Below, piece after piece: positions 13,411-26,548 of a stretch of 64,000 nucleotides of DNA; within the stretch, counting starts at the first letter, position 1; each line of letters starts with the position of its first letter. A model generated the notes under the pieces. It ran no database searches. It had not been told where the DNA came from and was given only the letters and a program-made list of their open reading frames with translations. Source of the stretch: Sminthopsis crassicaudata (lineage: Eukaryota); assembly GCF_048593235.1 (NCBI RefSeq), contig NC_133623.1:14934211-14998210 (forward strand), written 5' to 3'. The translations under genes and the position numbers were made by a program.

Positions 13411-13974
13411 GCATTTAGTACTCTACATTTTTTCAACTTGGTCAATGAATTGTTATCATTTATATACATCAGGGGAGAACCAGATCATGGATACATAATT
13501 CATGTTGTTCAACTATATAGAGTATATCTGACCAATGTAAAATATTACCTTTGGGTTAAGAAGATAAAGGATAACTTTGGTGGTGGCATTGAATTGGAAG
13601 ATGAATGCAAATAGTACAGTACTAGGAGAGAGAATTACAGATGAACAAAAATGTACTTAGTAGGACAAAATAACTAAATCATGAATGGAACATTCAAGGA
13701 ACAAGTTGATGGGTATTTTTGTCCTGCCTAAGGCAGTATTTTTTCTCACATTTCCTTGCAGTGTTTTCATGTTAGAAATACCTGGTCTATCCACACACCT
13801 TTATAGTGATGTCAGACTCTAGAAACTTAACAAAATAAGACAGGTCCAGGGTAAAATGGCAGTTAAAAGAATCTGCCTTTAGTTTTGGTGTGAGACTAAT
13901 GAGATGGTACATGTGAAATACTTTGCAGTCTTTAAGATGAGATCAAAATAGTATTTTATTTTTTTCTCCAGTTG

Positions 13975-15163
13975 CTTGTCTAGAAAAATTTTAGCATTCA
14001 TTTTTACAAGCTTTTGCATTTCAAATTTGTCTCCTTCCCTTCTTCTACCCTCTTCTGATGATAGTCAGCAGTTTGATATAGGTGATGTATGCTATCATAT
14101 AAAAATGTATATTTGCTATAAAGATTGTTTCCCACCTTTTTGTGGCTTTGCTTCTGATCTTGCTTGTATTGTTTTTCTTTCTACAAAAGTTTTTGAATTT
14201 AATATTATAAAATGATCTGTTTTGCATTTTGTAATGTTCTCTCTGTCTTGTTTGTTCATGAATTCTTCCCCTTCCCATAGATCTAACAAGTAGATTGTTC
14301 CTTGCCCTTCTAATTTGGTTATGGTGTCATTCTTTTTGTCTAAATCAGGCACCTATTTTGACATTATCTTGGTATATACATTGTGAGATGTTGATCTATA
14401 TCTAGTTTGTATCCTATTGTTTTCTAGTTTTCCCAGAAGATTTTGTCAGTTAGTGAATTCTTATCCTAAAATCTGAGGTCTTTGATTATTAAACACCCAG
14501 TTATTATGGTCATTGACTACTGTGTCTTATAGACCAAATTTATTCCAGTCATCTAGTATTTTGTCTTAGTCAATACCAGAGAATTTTGATTATAGCTGCT
14601 TTATAATATAGTTTGAGATCTGGGATTGCTAAGCTATCTTCCTTTGTATTTTCTTTTCATTAAATTCCCTTGATATTCTTGGCCTTTTGTTCTTCCAGAT
14701 GAATTCTGTTGTTATTTTTTCTAGCTCTATCAGATAATTTTTGGTAGTTTGGTATGGCACTTGATATAGCAAAAATTAATTTAGCAGAATTGTCATTTTT
14801 ATTATATGGCTCAGCCTACCCATGAGCAATTGATATTTTTTCCAATTGTTTAGATCTGACTTTATTGGTATGAAAAGTATTTTGTAACTGTGTTCATATA
14901 GTTCATGGGTTTGTCATAGCAGGTAGACTCCTAAGTATTTTATTGTTTGCAGTTATTTTAAATGTAATTTCTCTTTTTATCTCTTGTTTCTGGGCTTTGT
15001 TAGTCATATAAAGCAATTCTAAAATTTATCTAGGTTTATCTTATATCCTGCAACTTTGCTAAAGTTGTTATTTCAAATAAATTTTTTAGTCGATGTTTTA
15101 AGGTTCTTTAGTTATACCATCCTATCATATACAGAGAGTGATAGCTTTGTTTTCTCATTGCCT
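13975..15163 (-). mobile_element. L1 fragment (3' end joined to ORF2 RT-to-C-terminal region)
   Basis: Minus-strand ORFs 14116-14352 (KLEGQGTIYLLDLWEGEEFMNKQ) and 14045-14278 (IKFKNFCRKKNNTSKIRS) match recalled marsupial L1 ORF2. Confidence 0.85.
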
Positions 15164-15329
15164 AGACAGAGACATAGTTGTGACTGGGAGAGACTGCTTC
15201 TTCTGATAAAAAGAGAGAAATATTGGAATGTTGAATCCCCAGTGATAATTATTGTGGCCACATCCATACATGAAATGCACTAAAGTAATAATAGTAGTTG
15301 CTTTCGTGCTTATATGTGTATCATATTCA

Positions 15330-15465
15330 GCATCTCATTTGATCCTTTTGAAAGCACTGTGAGGTAAGCCGAACAGATAATCTATTCTTACATCATAAAG
15401 ATAAAACTGCAAATCAGACAGGTTAAGTGATTTGTCCAAAGTTGCACAGCTAGTGAGACATGTTC
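15330..15465 (-). mobile_element. MIR fragment
   Basis: 'atctcatttgatcct...cactgtgaggtaag...ggttaagtgatttgtccaaagttgcacagctagtgag'. Confidence 0.5.
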
Positions 15466-15519
15466 TTCTCTTTCCCAAGTCATTTTCTCTCATCCATTTT
15501 GTGTCATGGTATAGTAAGA

Positions 15520-15662
15520 AGTCAAGAAGCGTAGGTTTGAAAAGTAACTTGGTCATTAACTTACCATGTGATCTTGTACAATTTCCTCATCTCAAAACTG
15601 AGAGTCCTCAGTGATCAGAGATTGATGTATCAGGTGCCTTCCAGCTCTGACATCCTATGAAC
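15520..15662 (+). mobile_element. MIR3-like fragment
   Basis: 'ttaccatgtgatcttgtacaatttcctcatctcaaaa...gtgccttccagctctgacatcctatga'. Confidence 0.5.
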
Positions 15663-15963
15663 TTTTGAAGAACAAAACTTGTTCTGCCTCTCTGCACCAT
15701 TGCCCTCTGCCAAATTCACGAGGCTTAGAAAGAGTAGCATATGCAGCAAATGTGGGGTATGGCTTAACAGAATGAGCCATTTGACAGGAAAGGGTTGCTT
15801 CTAGCAGTGATACCTGATGTAATAGTATCCCCATATTTCTGTGAAAGTATTTTTCAAAGATTCCTCCAGAGCTTCCTTTCAGCTTTCCCATAAGAACCAC
15901 CTGTGTAACAGAACATATTTGCTTCTTACAGTTACAAATAGAGTTTTTGGGTCTGCTTCAAAT

Positions 15964-16495
15964 NNNNNNNNNNNNNNNNNNNNNNNNNNNNNNNNNNNNN
16001 NNNNNNNNNNNNNNNNNNNNNNNNNNNNNNNNNNNNNNNNNNNNNNNNNNNNNNNNNNNNNNNNNNNNNNNNNNNNNNNNNNNNNNNNNNNNNNNNNNNN
16101 NNNNNNNNNNNNNNNNNNNNNNNNNNNNNNNNNNNNNNNNNNNNNNNNNNNNNNNNNNNNNNNNNNNNNNNNNNNNNNNNNNNNNNNNNNNNNNNNNNNN
16201 NNNNNNNNNNNNNNNNNNNNNNNNNNNNNNNNNNNNNNNNNNNNNNNNNNNNNNNNNNNNNNNNNNNNNNNNNNNNNNNNNNNNNNNNNNNNNNNNNNNN
16301 NNNNNNNNNNNNNNNNNNNNNNNNNNNNNNNNNNNNNNNNNNNNNNNNNNNNNNNNNNNNNNNNNNNNNNNNNNNNNNNNNNNNNNNNNNNNNNNNNNNN
16401 NNNNNNNNNNNNNNNNNNNNNNNNNNNNNNNNNNNNNNNNNNNNNNNNNNNNNNNNNNNNNNNNNNNNNNNNNNNNNNNNNNNNNNNNNNNNNNN
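15964..16495. other. Assembly gap (N run)
   Basis: Seen directly. Confidence 1.
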
Positions 16496-17392
16496 ATCTC
16501 GTGTGTGCATGAGTTCTTTTGAAGTTCTTGGATGGCTAAAGCTTTACTCCATGAAGCTTAAAGCATGGATTAAAAACAAGGGGCTTTTAATTAGCAAGAC
16601 TCTTAGTTAGCAAAGGGCCACTGGTTTTTGTTTTTTTTTAATCCCATTGGGACACTGCCATCTTGGAAGACATACTTCTTCTTTAAGGGGATTATTATCA
16701 TCTCCATTGCTCTCCTTATAGTCTTTACATGGTCTATGCTACCACATGGTACATCTGCTTCCCCATGGTCACATTTGGGTAGCATCCCTCACCCAGGTCT
16801 GCTTCCTGTTCCTATCCTTTACAAGGCCAAGAGCCAAACAATCTTGTTCCTTCCATCCAATTATTCTCACAATGAGATGGCTTCTCTTATTTCACAGTTT
16901 TTTTAAAAATCTAGTTATAGTTCTAAATGCCTGTCATTGGAAGTTAATTTTCCTAGGAACACATGTGTCTCCTATATGTAGGATATTTCTGTTCAGCCTA
17001 GGAGCACTTGATAATTTAATGAGTGAGCCTCAATATGTCCAGTCTTACTTTTCCTTATGGATGTAAAGGAAACCATATGGAGCTTTGATCTCACAAGGAG
17101 AAACCAGAGTTCTGGTCATGTTTCTTAGCCAGTGGCATTTTGGATGATTTTGGGGAAATTGGCCTCTTCAAGATAGGATTTCTATTATTAGAATGGAGGT
17201 TTCTTGAAGACAGGATTGTCTTTCTTTCTTTCTTTCTTTCTTTTTATTTTAGGATTGTCTTCCTTGTATTTATTTGTATATATGTGTTTACTTGCTTAGC
17301 ACAATGCCTCAAACATAGGACGTTGTAATCATTTAATAAATATTTTTTGTCCATTCATCGATTCATTTATGTACTTGCATGAACATAGTCCC

Positions 17393-17393
<1 letters not shown>

Positions 17394-17424
<31 letters not shown>
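17394..17424. repeat. (AC)n microsatellite
   Basis: Seen directly. Confidence 0.95.
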
Positions 17425-17426
<2 letters not shown>

Positions 17427-18271
17427 CACATTTTCCGAGGGGAAACAGGTGGCACAAGAAGCTTGAGACTTCAAGTCTTTGCAGAAAGTCTCTGATTCCT
17501 TCCAATTACTCCCATAAAGGCTGATTGGTACCTGGCACTTTGAGACCATGAAAAGTTCAGTCAGAGGAGTTGGGTTCAAATCAGGACCTTGGTTAAGTCT
17601 CTTTATCTTCCTATCCTCTTCTGTAAAGTAAGGGCAGTGAACTAGATGTCCTCTAAGGTGCTATGATACTTCTCTGCTTTTCTGAATTGTTTACTGCAAC
17701 TTGGTTACAAAGACAGGAGTCTGTTCAGGAAAATACCTGCTAGTAGAAGCCTTGAAAAGCTAGTTATTCTCATTCACTTGCTGATGATCATGTGGCTCAT
17801 GGAGATGGGCTTCCTTTGCAACATTTGCTATCACTAGAAGCATTTTAACGTGTGAGTTAAGGTTGCAAAATACCCAGGTTTGTTCCCTTAAGGTCATGAG
17901 TCAGATAGAAAATGAATAAGACACTCTTCCTCTTGCCCTAGTGCTGTTGAGAGAGGTAATCAGGCTCTATCTGACTGTACCACTTTCCCCCAAAATCTAA
18001 TTAAACAGGGTGAGCCTTTTCAGTCTTTATCATTGCTCAACCAGATTTTCTGTATTTTCCAGCATCCTCATTTATTCAGTTCATGGATTTAGGCCTCTGT
18101 CTGCTGAAGAAAGCTCTCATACATAATGAAAAGGGGGAGATCTTATTTACATGCAAAAATCCTTCCATCATTGCTGTCATTTCCTCCCCCCCCCCAGCCC
18201 GGCAGGTTCTGAAACATACTCTCCAACTCAGCTGGGATAATAGTGCTGTGCTTTATTATTTTTTCTTGTAG

Positions 18272-18312
18272 CTTTGTTGGATGTGACTGAGGTCACTTTC
18301 AGGGGAACCGAG
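18272..18312 (+). CDS. Possible 41-bp exon (candidate A), unidentified product
   Basis: Acceptor 'ttattttttcttgtag|', donor '|gtatgt'; only one open frame, (x)LLDVTEVTFRGTE. No homology recognised. Confidence 0.22.
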
Positions 18313-18489
18313 GTATGTTCTAACAGAGTGAGCTGTCACTTCAGCTCCAACTTTGTTGTAAAACTATTGAGATTAGAGGAAATGACAATGGGATTCAGTG
18401 CCTATGTCATAGGAAGCCACCTAATTAATATTTTAGTAAAAACTCAAATTCCCAACTGAGTCTATGATCTTATCAATTTAGCTATCCCT

Positions 18490-18990
18490 TCCTATGATGG
18501 AGACTACAACCCCTCTGTGCCTACTCATCCTACTCTCATCCATAGCTTCCCATAAGTTTGGCCCACAGGGGTCCTGTGTTCACAGTTCCCAGGGACTTTT
18601 CTTATTTTCTCTTGACATTAAGAGGGTACCAGTGAAAGACATGGGGAAGATATCCTTCCCTTGTCTCTTGCCACATGACTTATCCATCTGGTTCTTTGTC
18701 TTTAATAGTCCATTTCTTTTTCCATTGTTCTTCTTCCTTGTCTGTAATATATTGTAGCCTACTTACATGCACCATACATTTCTCTGTTGCCCTCTGGTTG
18801 ATACTTATTTTCAATTCTTCAGAGACTGTAGTGTTACATGACTTGAAGCCATACAACAGCACTAGTAGAATAATATCTCTATTAAGAAAGATAGGCTCTT
18901 GTGTCAGAGAAAGGCTTGGGGTCATCCCAAGCTCTCCACAATCCTCTGAAAGCAGTCTAGCCTGCTCTCCTGTTCATGCTCAATCATAGG
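18490..18990 (-). mobile_element. RTE-clade LINE 3' fragment (RTE0/RTE1_Mars-like)
   Basis: ORF 18680-18925 reads ILLVLLYGFKSCNTTVSEELKISINQRATEKCMVHVSRLQYIT, matching the RTE thumb motif ILPVLLYGCESW...QRAMER; 'ctcttgccacatgac' is the antisense of the WAGHVAR region. Confidence 0.85.
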
Positions 18991-19459
18991 TACTGTTCCT
19001 TGTCAGTTTTCTTAATAAAAACATTATACTGTTTAATGCTACTGCCTTCTTCCTCTTGCTTGCTTACTCTCCTTCCTAATAGAGCCTTTTGGAGAATTAG
19101 TGAAGTCTGGCATTAGCCCTAGGAAGTAGAAGAGCATGATTAAATTCATTTTCAAGGTGATACATTATATTCCAGGTAGAGCCCAAAGAATTGTCAAAGA
19201 CAGAGGCTCAGAGTTTTGGTTTCCACTACTCTGTTTCAACCAATAAATGTATTTCTGAATTGTCTTCTGTTCAATCACACTCACGCAGTGCTTTCACTTA
19301 GGTTAAGGAAAGGATTTCCAGTGAACAGCAGGGAAGAAGAGAAGTCAAATGAATTGCTGTTTGTAACCACTTGTACCGGTAGAAAAATAGAAAACTCAAA
19401 TCTCCTACTTTAGGAGCTTATGCCATTTTGGTTCCCTGTTGCCTCTAGGAGTATACTGG

Positions 19460-19735
19460 ACATTTAAAGCCCTGGATCCCACCTTCTTTCCAAATCTTAT
19501 TTCATATTACTCCCCTTTCTTCCTTTTTTCGGCCAATCAGCCTGACCACTTAGCAGTCACCTGCATGTGATGTTGTACCCGCCATCCCATAAAATCTGTT
19601 TTTGCCTTTTATTTCCTCTCTTTACTATCTGTAACACACTTGTTCCTTGCCTTTGTGTCTACCAATCTCTAGCTTTATTTAAATAATAGTTCAGATATTG
19701 GCTCCAACACAACTCTTTCCCTGATCACTCTTGGT
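19460..19735 (+). mobile_element. L2 fragment
   Basis: 'cccaccttctttccaaatcttatttcatattactcccc...tctttccctgatc' resembles the L2 3' region. Confidence 0.45.
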
Positions 19736-19739
19736 ATGA

Positions 19740-20390
19740 CAGAAGTATTTTATTTAATGGTGCACTGAGTATCATTGTGGATAAAGAGTGATAGATGAAG
19801 TGACAAAGTCTCTGTCCTTGAGGATCTTGTATTCTAATGGAGAAGAAAATCTAAATAAGTAAATATACCTACAAAATATATAAGTTGAATTCCAAGTTGT
19901 TTTGGGATCTTAGGAAAGCCTTTACTTGAGTCTAGAAGAAAATCAGGAGTTCTAAGAGGCAGACTTTCATGTCTACTGAAGACCTAGGAATAAAATTCTG
20001 CAAAAGTACATAGATGAGAGTTGGGATAGTCTGCATATAAAACTGTGAGGAGATCAGTGTGTGCAACAAGGAGATTATACATAAGACTGGTATAAGAATT
20101 CTGGTAGAGTCAGAAATTTAGAAGTAGAGTGTATTATACTTGATTCTCAAGGCACTCAGAAGCTATGGGAATTCACAAATTCAGGTAGAATGCAATGGTC
20201 AGATCCAGAACTTAGAAAGGCCTTCAGATACCTTGGCAGAAGATTGGCTAGAATGACTTAAGGCAGGGAGATCAAAGAGTAGATAGCTAGAAGATCCAGT
20301 AGCCTCTGAGTCACCCACGATGGACCTCCCAATGATTGAAGAAAAGAAATAATGTCCAGGAATTCATAATTTTAAACCAAGGGACATGAA
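19740..20390 (-). mobile_element. L2 relic
   Basis: 'aaagtctctgtccttgaggatcttgtattctaatggaga' L2 3' end antisense, followed by purine-rich decayed L2. Confidence 0.55.
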
Positions 20391-20845
20391 TGTGTTGACT
20401 CCTACAGGGTTCTAAAGCTCCCTTTTCTTATGAGCAAAGTTGCTTTCCCTGGTGAACTACGTTATGTAGAGAGAAAGAACTGACATAGGAAAGACATCAC
20501 CCATTTACAATTCTGCTAAGGATATTATTTCTGGGGAGGTGTCAGTGTTTTTTATTTAAATATTCGTAGCAAAGCTTGAATCTTTCTAATGCTAGAAGAC
20601 ATATTTTGTAATGTCCTCAAATTGGTCTGAATCACTTCTCAAAGTAAAGTCAATTTTTTTTTGATTTATAGAACTATATGGCAGAGGGAAGGGGAAATAA
20701 TTAAAATCTAATAGACTTTGTTCTGTGTATTTATTAAAGATAAAAAAGAGGAGGCTACTGTAAATAAATTCAGGCAAGAGATATTGAAGACCTCTTGACT
20801 AGGGTGCTATCTGTCTTAAGTGACAGGGAGAGAACATATGCAAGA

Positions 20846-20990
20846 GATGTGGTTTTATCCAAAAAATGAGCATATAACTTTTCCTTAAAGACTTCCACTG
20901 TGGGGGAACCCATTACCTCCCAAAGCAGGCCAATACCCTTTAAGCCTACTGTGGTTACTAAGAAGTGTTTCCTGACATTAAGGACAAGCA
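20846..20990 (-). mobile_element. CR1/L3 3' fragment
   Basis: 'aagacttccactgtgggggaacccattacctcccaaagcaggcca...ttactaagaagtgtttcctgacattaag'. Confidence 0.6.
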
Positions 20991-21084
20991 TGTCTTTTAC
21001 CCACTTATCTTGGTTTTAATCCTCTGTGTCTATCACACTGTTGGTCCTCAACAAGTGTTTGGTTTATTTGATTCTAGGGATAGT

Positions 21085-21240
21085 TCAAAAGCAATATTTT
21101 TTATTGGATTTTTCTGGGGGTAGAGGAAGAGGACAGTCTGGTGATTTTTTATCACTGTAGGAATTCCCAGCATAGAAACTCTCTCCACTGAAGCAAGTCT
21201 TAGTGGGTTACCTGAGGCACTGATGTGTCCTGCCCATAGC
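21085..21240 (-). mobile_element. MdoRep1-like marsupial SINE fragment
   Basis: 'atcactgtaggaattcccagcatagaaactctctccactgaagca...ttacctgaggcactga'; recalled consensus. Confidence 0.45.
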
Positions 21241-21489
21241 CATATTGTTGGTATATATCAGAAGCAGGACTGTTGCCAAGGGTGCCCTTCCGTACCTTTA
21301 TATCTACATCTTTATTCTTTCAAAATCTGATTTCAAGATGCTAAGACACTTCAGATTGCTATCCTGTGCTCTTGAATGTACTGTTTTCAAATGTGGAATT
21401 ACTTGTATCTTTTTCTTTAGTACAAATGGAAAATACAATTATGGTTTGATCTGATTGAATACACCCAGTTCTTGAATAATTTGGGGCAG

Positions 21490-21990
21490 CTATGAACTCA
21501 GGATTGTGGACCTTCCCATCAATGAATGAAGACTTATTTCATCTGATGACAAGAGCTCCTCCATTCTTGTCTATTTCATGTGGCCCTCAGACACAATGAG
21601 TACATGAAATATATGGCTTTTCTTCAGTTATCCCTTTCTCTTGCCACATGACTAAACCATTTTCTTTATTGATCTTCGGTCACATCTCTGGTACCACTTC
21701 CACAGTGTAATTCCTTATTTATAACCTATTTCAATCTGTTTATGCTCACCATATACCTGTTTCTCTTCAGGTGATTCTCAGATTTAGTTTCTTGGAAACA
21801 ATAGTATGACTGGACTAGAAACAACGTGACTGGACTAGAAACAACGTGACTGGAAATATCATTGAAAAGATGACCCTTGGTTTCAGAGAGAAGCTAGGAA
21901 CATTTGTCATTTCCCAAGGGCAATCCAGCTAGTTTTCTTCCTCCTATTCAAATACGAGACCTGATCATTACCCATTTGCTATGTCTGTCC
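21490..21990 (-). mobile_element. RTE-clade LINE 3' fragment
   Basis: Same RTE segment as 18490-18990: 'ctcttgccacatgact', 'aaaagatgacccttggtttcagagagaagctagg', 'tcccaagggcaatccagc'. Confidence 0.7.
21807..21854. repeat. 20-bp tandem duplication (tggactagaaacaacgtgac x2 plus partial)
   Basis: Perfect copies at 21811-21830 and 21831-21850, seen directly. Confidence 0.95.
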
Positions 21991-22165
21991 AAGATTTTAC
22001 ACATACATATACTCTCACTCACACATGCTCTATAGTTTTTCTACCAAACCATTATAAGAATGTTATTATGATAATATTATAATGTGAACGATTTTTCATC
22101 TGCTTGGTTTTTCATTTTGGGGTTGTTAGACCAAATACTTTGGAGTGCTTCTGGATTTTATTTAG

Positions 22166-22220
22166 GAAACTCTGAGGTCTGATGTCATCTTCAAACAGGA
22201 GCTTGTGAGCCTCCTCCATG
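22166..22220 (+). CDS. Possible 55-bp exon (candidate B), unidentified product
   Basis: Acceptor 'ggattttatttag|', donor '|gtaggg'; open frame ETLRSDVIFKQELVSLLH(G); phase-compatible with candidates A and C. Confidence 0.18.
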
Positions 22221-23597
22221 GTAGGGAACGTAATTTGGACTTTATGCTATGTTTCTGTGATGGTGAATATCTTTGGCAAGCATATATTTTCTATGTTATA
22301 TTTTTCTTGATATGAATAGTGAAAAGGTTTTCCAACAATGCTGCACTTCTCATATCTTTGAAGGAATCTTATATAGTTTTAACATATACATGGGAGGTAC
22401 CATGTTGGTGAACAGTTTTTGAGGTAATGGCTTCCGCTGCCAAATCATGTACATTTCCACTTCCTGAAGAAGTATACTCATCTGTGGTGTTAGAGTTGAA
22501 ATGTGGCAACTTTTCCGTCCTTGAGGGTTAAAAGAGTTAATTATAAAAATACCACGTTTTAGTTATTTGTTTCTCACTTTATAGTTTCATCTTTAAGTGT
22601 CTTTGGACGATTTTGCTTAGCTGTTTCTTTCTCTAAATTTTCTTTCTTTTTTTCCTTCTGGTATTTCTTGCTATTTCATGACATAAGGAATGCATTCTCT
22701 ACGATTTATATGACGAATTTAATCTATTTTTGTCATTGTGTATAATTTCAGAGCTCACTGATGAAGAATTTATGATTTCATCAGTTTCAGGAATTCCCTT
22801 GTGGGGTTACTTCCTCTACCAATACAGAGGTCATTCATTGAATGATAAGTGCTAGGTAGTTGACTGATCCATATGTGAGTTGCTCAGGGCTACAAAGATA
22901 GTAAGTATCAGAACTGGGGTTTGATTTCCCACCTTTCTTATTCCTAGAGTAGTACTCTGATCATTATGCCAAGCCTCTGCATAATTACATACTCCAGTGT
23001 TATGATTTTGTCTTTGTAGTTAATTATTCCCTCCAAGGTTGCCTGCCCATCATGTGTGACTCTAATCTATGTCTTTCCACCGGGGAGCGACCCATGGGTA
23101 CGATAGTCCATAACTATATAACTATTTGAAAACTATTGATTTCATAAGATATATCTGTGATAATAAAGAACCCTAGCATTAACATTAAAGAACAGTCTGA
23201 CTCTGTCAGGTAGGAGTATATGTATCTTCATCTCTTCCAACAAGAAAGCCAAATATTTAGTCCAACTACAGAGCTGTGTACCACCTTAAAAACAGATCCA
23301 TTTCATCTAACATGTATTTACTGACCTGTGGTTCTTGAATGTTTAAACAGAAGCCTTGGCCATACCATTGCTTCAGGTGTTCAGCAAAACTCTCTGTGTA
23401 TATCAGCCATAGGCATCTTCCACATCCAAGTAGGGATCAGCTCTTGACTTGTACACACAATTTGCAAATGATCCAGCAGAGTATAAAGGGATGCTCAGGT
23501 TTCAGTCTTAATTAAGATTTAAGTAAATACACATTAGTCAAGTAGCCATTAGTGACTCCTTAGATAAACATTCCTATCTGCTCATTGACCCCACAAG

Positions 23598-23697
23598 GGA
23601 TCTCCTCCGAGACTCTCCACGCTTTGGCAGCTTCTCTAGCAGTTTTGTTTCTGCAGCATGAAGAAGTGGCGAATGTTCCAATTCAAGACATCCAGAG
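23598..23697 (+). CDS. Possible 100-bp exon (candidate C), unidentified product
   Basis: Open frame (G)ISSETLHALAASLAVLFLQHEEVANVPIQDIQ(R) with three CpGs; weak AAG acceptor and weak GTTGAG donor; a stronger internal acceptor lies at 23656|23657. Confidence 0.15.
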
Positions 23698-23769
23698 GTT
23701 GAGTCAATTCTTAAAAATGAAAATGCACTAAGTATGTGTACTCTTCTCTGAACAAACACAGCTCTTACC

Positions 23770-23950
23770 CTGAACTTGGAAACTGAAAGCCTAGATTCAT
23801 TTGGCGTTGGTGTGACCCTAGGCTTTTCATTTAACCCCTCTGAACATCTATTTCCTCAACTCTAAAAGGGAATGATGTTAGCATCTCCCTCCTTGGATTA
23901 TTGTGAGTCTCAAATGAAGTAATGGTTACAAAGGACTGTGCATATCTTAC
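23770..23950 (+). mobile_element. MIR core SINE
   Basis: 'gtgtgaccctaggcttttcatttaacccctctgaacatctatttcctcaactctaaaa...ggattattgtgagtctcaaatga'. Confidence 0.55.
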
Positions 23951-25477
23951 ACCAAAATGCACTGTTCTCATGGGCCTAATCATTCTCTTCTTATGTTCAA
24001 TGCTGTTCTCATTGCAATGGTTTAGGGCTAAGGTATTAGTCTAATCTTGTGCTTTTTTGCTTAATGTTTAATAGATTCCATAGTCCACCATGTTATCTGT
24101 TGTGCATGTGGGTAGTAGTAGTTGTTGTTTTTTTGGGGGGGGGTAAAGGGGGAAGGGGAATGGGTAAATGAATAAAGGATTAGTATGTAAGTTGTTCTTG
24201 AAGTTTACTGAGAACATCTTCAGAGGAACTCCAGTACCAGACAGAATGCTAAGAATGATTAGTTTATCTGTTTTTCAAATGGTTTTGATTTCTCTATATT
24301 TTGGAAGTTTGTAGTTTGGAGATTTTTATTTGGCACCCTCTCTTAAAAACATTAATCTTAAAATGTAAATGTCATTGTTTTATATAATTGTGGGCAGCAT
24401 TTTGGTTTGTACTGATATTCTAGTTCCATTAAAGTTTTTTTTTAATTTTTAAGGATATTTGGGAGTTTAAGTGTTTTATGGTAACATCCTCAGTGAATGC
24501 TAAATATCTGTAACTTGCAATGATATATAACATACTTTCTGATATTTTCTTGCAAAGGCTTAATTTATTATTAGCTTCTTTGTTGATACAGTACTGGCTA
24601 AGTTGTTGGGGATATTTTTCATAGAAGGCCTTTTGGGTTTGCTCTTGGATCTTAGATCTTGGATTTGAATTCCATAGGATTAATTTGGAAGTATCTTCAT
24701 ATTTATAACATTTGATAAGTTCAGTGTTGTATACCTGTTGTCAACCTTAACTGTATCTCTGTAAAGTGATATCTGTTCCAAAAAGAGGTCTGCATGTTTT
24801 TTGAAAAAGCTATTAATCAGGTGTTCTGAGAAATATACTAATTCTCATCTGCATTTTTGACATGGAAATATTAAGTTTTTTAAAAAAAATTTTTAAGGTT
24901 TTTACTACTATAGTAAAATGGGCCCTGTTTTTCTCAAATAGCATACAGGTTTTGTTTAGATAACTTTTAAATATTTTGTTGTTTATTTTTATTGTTCCAT
25001 AAGTGTACCTGAATTGGCATTACATGCATTTTAATTGCTATAAATGTTTTCTTCCCACTGAGCTTTGAATTCAGGATGGCAGTAAGTTTCCTGAGATTTA
25101 CAACTATAGCTTTCTTCTTGCTGACTTTATTCTCAAGGTATCTTGTCTGAAGAAGACCAAGGTATTTATAAATGATGTTCTTATCCATGGTTGTATTCGA
25201 CCTTCATATTTCAAGTTTAAACTTTTCTTTAATTTCTTTTTTTTCCCTTGGGATACAGTATGAATATTATACTTAAGGAGTCCAAATAACATTTTGATAT
25301 TACTGAGGAATGCATCAATGAGTTGAAGAAGTACTTTGATTATCATCTAAATATATCCAGTGATTGGTCATATCTTTTGTTATAAATTCTTTTTTTGACT
25401 TGGAAGCAATACTCTGTTTTGTTTTGTTTTTTTTCCAAGAGAAAAGGTAATGAATTTAGGACTCAGAAGAATCATAA

Positions 25478-25956
25478 TGTTATGGCTCAGGTTCCCTGGT
25501 GGCAGCCCTCTCTTCCTGGCCATTAGGACTGAAATAATTAGGGCTACATGACTCTGGCCTGCTCTGACATTCCAAAGAGTCATAAAACTCCAGATAGCTT
25601 ATCTCAAATGCTTGGGTATCTTCTGGCCCAGACTTCCTGATTCCTGCTGGACTACTTTCTTATCCTTCCTTCCTCCTTACCCCCAACCTGTGAGAACTGA
25701 ATTATGATATTTTCTGGAATTTCCACTTACCCAGTACTCTGCCTCCCCTTGCCTTTGTTGCCCTGATAGCTGGAGCCCTATAAAAGTCTCTGGAATTACT
25801 TGCTAGGGTCTAGATGCTTTGAGACAAGAGTCCCATCCAAGCTGGCTGGTATGTCTAGCCCAAATTCTCCACTATTAAAATATTTAAAACTTGTCTCACT
25901 TTCTCTGGCATTTTTAGTCAAGCTGCATTTTCCTTTCATTGAACTTCTTGTGACCA
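25478..25956 (+). mobile_element. Solo LTR (479 bp) inserted in the R4 relic
   Basis: TG...CA ends, perfect 5-bp TSD CATAA (25473-25477 and 25957-25961), TATAAAA at 25779-25785, ATTAAA at 25874-25879. Confidence 0.85.
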
Positions 25957-26368
25957 CATAAAAAAACCAGAAATTTTCTATATCATATTGTTTTGGAGTT
26001 CTTTCTCTTTTCTATTTATGAATTTTTAAAAAATATTTTATCTCAAATATTTTGGGAGAATGTAATATCAGGTTTGTTTGTTTGTTTGTTTGTTTTTAAT
26101 ACTCTCTTGTGGTGTAATAGATCCACATTTAGATGAGTGCTGTCAATCTCAAAAAAAAAAAGGCTTTTTGAAATCCCAGTCTAAGTATGCCAATTTCCTT
26201 TTCAAAATCATTTTTTGTTTTTGTTTTGTTTGTCAGCCATTGCATTATTAAGTATAATTTCTGGAGTCTATGTTGTATAAATGAAGATGTGCATTGACTT
26301 AAAATTCCTTAATTTGTCCCTCTTCAAATTTAAGTAGCTGATTGATTTCGTCTCTACTTTTCCCTTAA

Positions 26369-26548
26369 ATTGTATTTATTTTTTATTTTTAAAATCATTT
26401 ATTTATTTATTTATTTTTGAGGCTGGGGTTAAGTGACTTGCCCAGGGTCACACAGCTAGGAAGTGTTAAGTGTCTGAGATCAGATTTGAGCTCAGGTCCT
26501 ACTGAATTCAAGGCTGGTGCTCTATCCACTGCACCACCTAGATGCCCC
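26369..26548 (-). mobile_element. Young WSINE1-like SINE inserted in the R4 relic
   Basis: Intact head/body 'ggggcatctaggtggtgcagtggatagagcaccagcc...gtgtgaccctgggcaagtcacttaacc' on minus, A-rich tail, TSD TTTTCCCTTAA at 26358-26368 and 26549-26559. Confidence 0.92.

Noticed and set aside
13480-13850. Possible CR1 RT fragment
   Set aside because: Resemblance too weak to support by eye.
15841-16522. Long ORFs spanning N runs (also 33601-33984, 38707-38976, 55909-56250)
   Set aside because: Artefacts of translating assembly gaps as X.
18490-21990. Similarity between 18490-18990 and 21490-21990 as a local segmental duplication
   Set aside because: Both are independently decayed copies of the same RTE 3' segment with unrelated flanks.
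24105-24164. G-quadruplex motif (24135-24164) and an adjacent (CAA)/(TAC)-like run as the R4 3' tail
   Set aside because: The G4 pattern is real but has no functional support. R4-like coding similarity may continue past it, so it looks like a local simple-sequence expansion rather than a tail.
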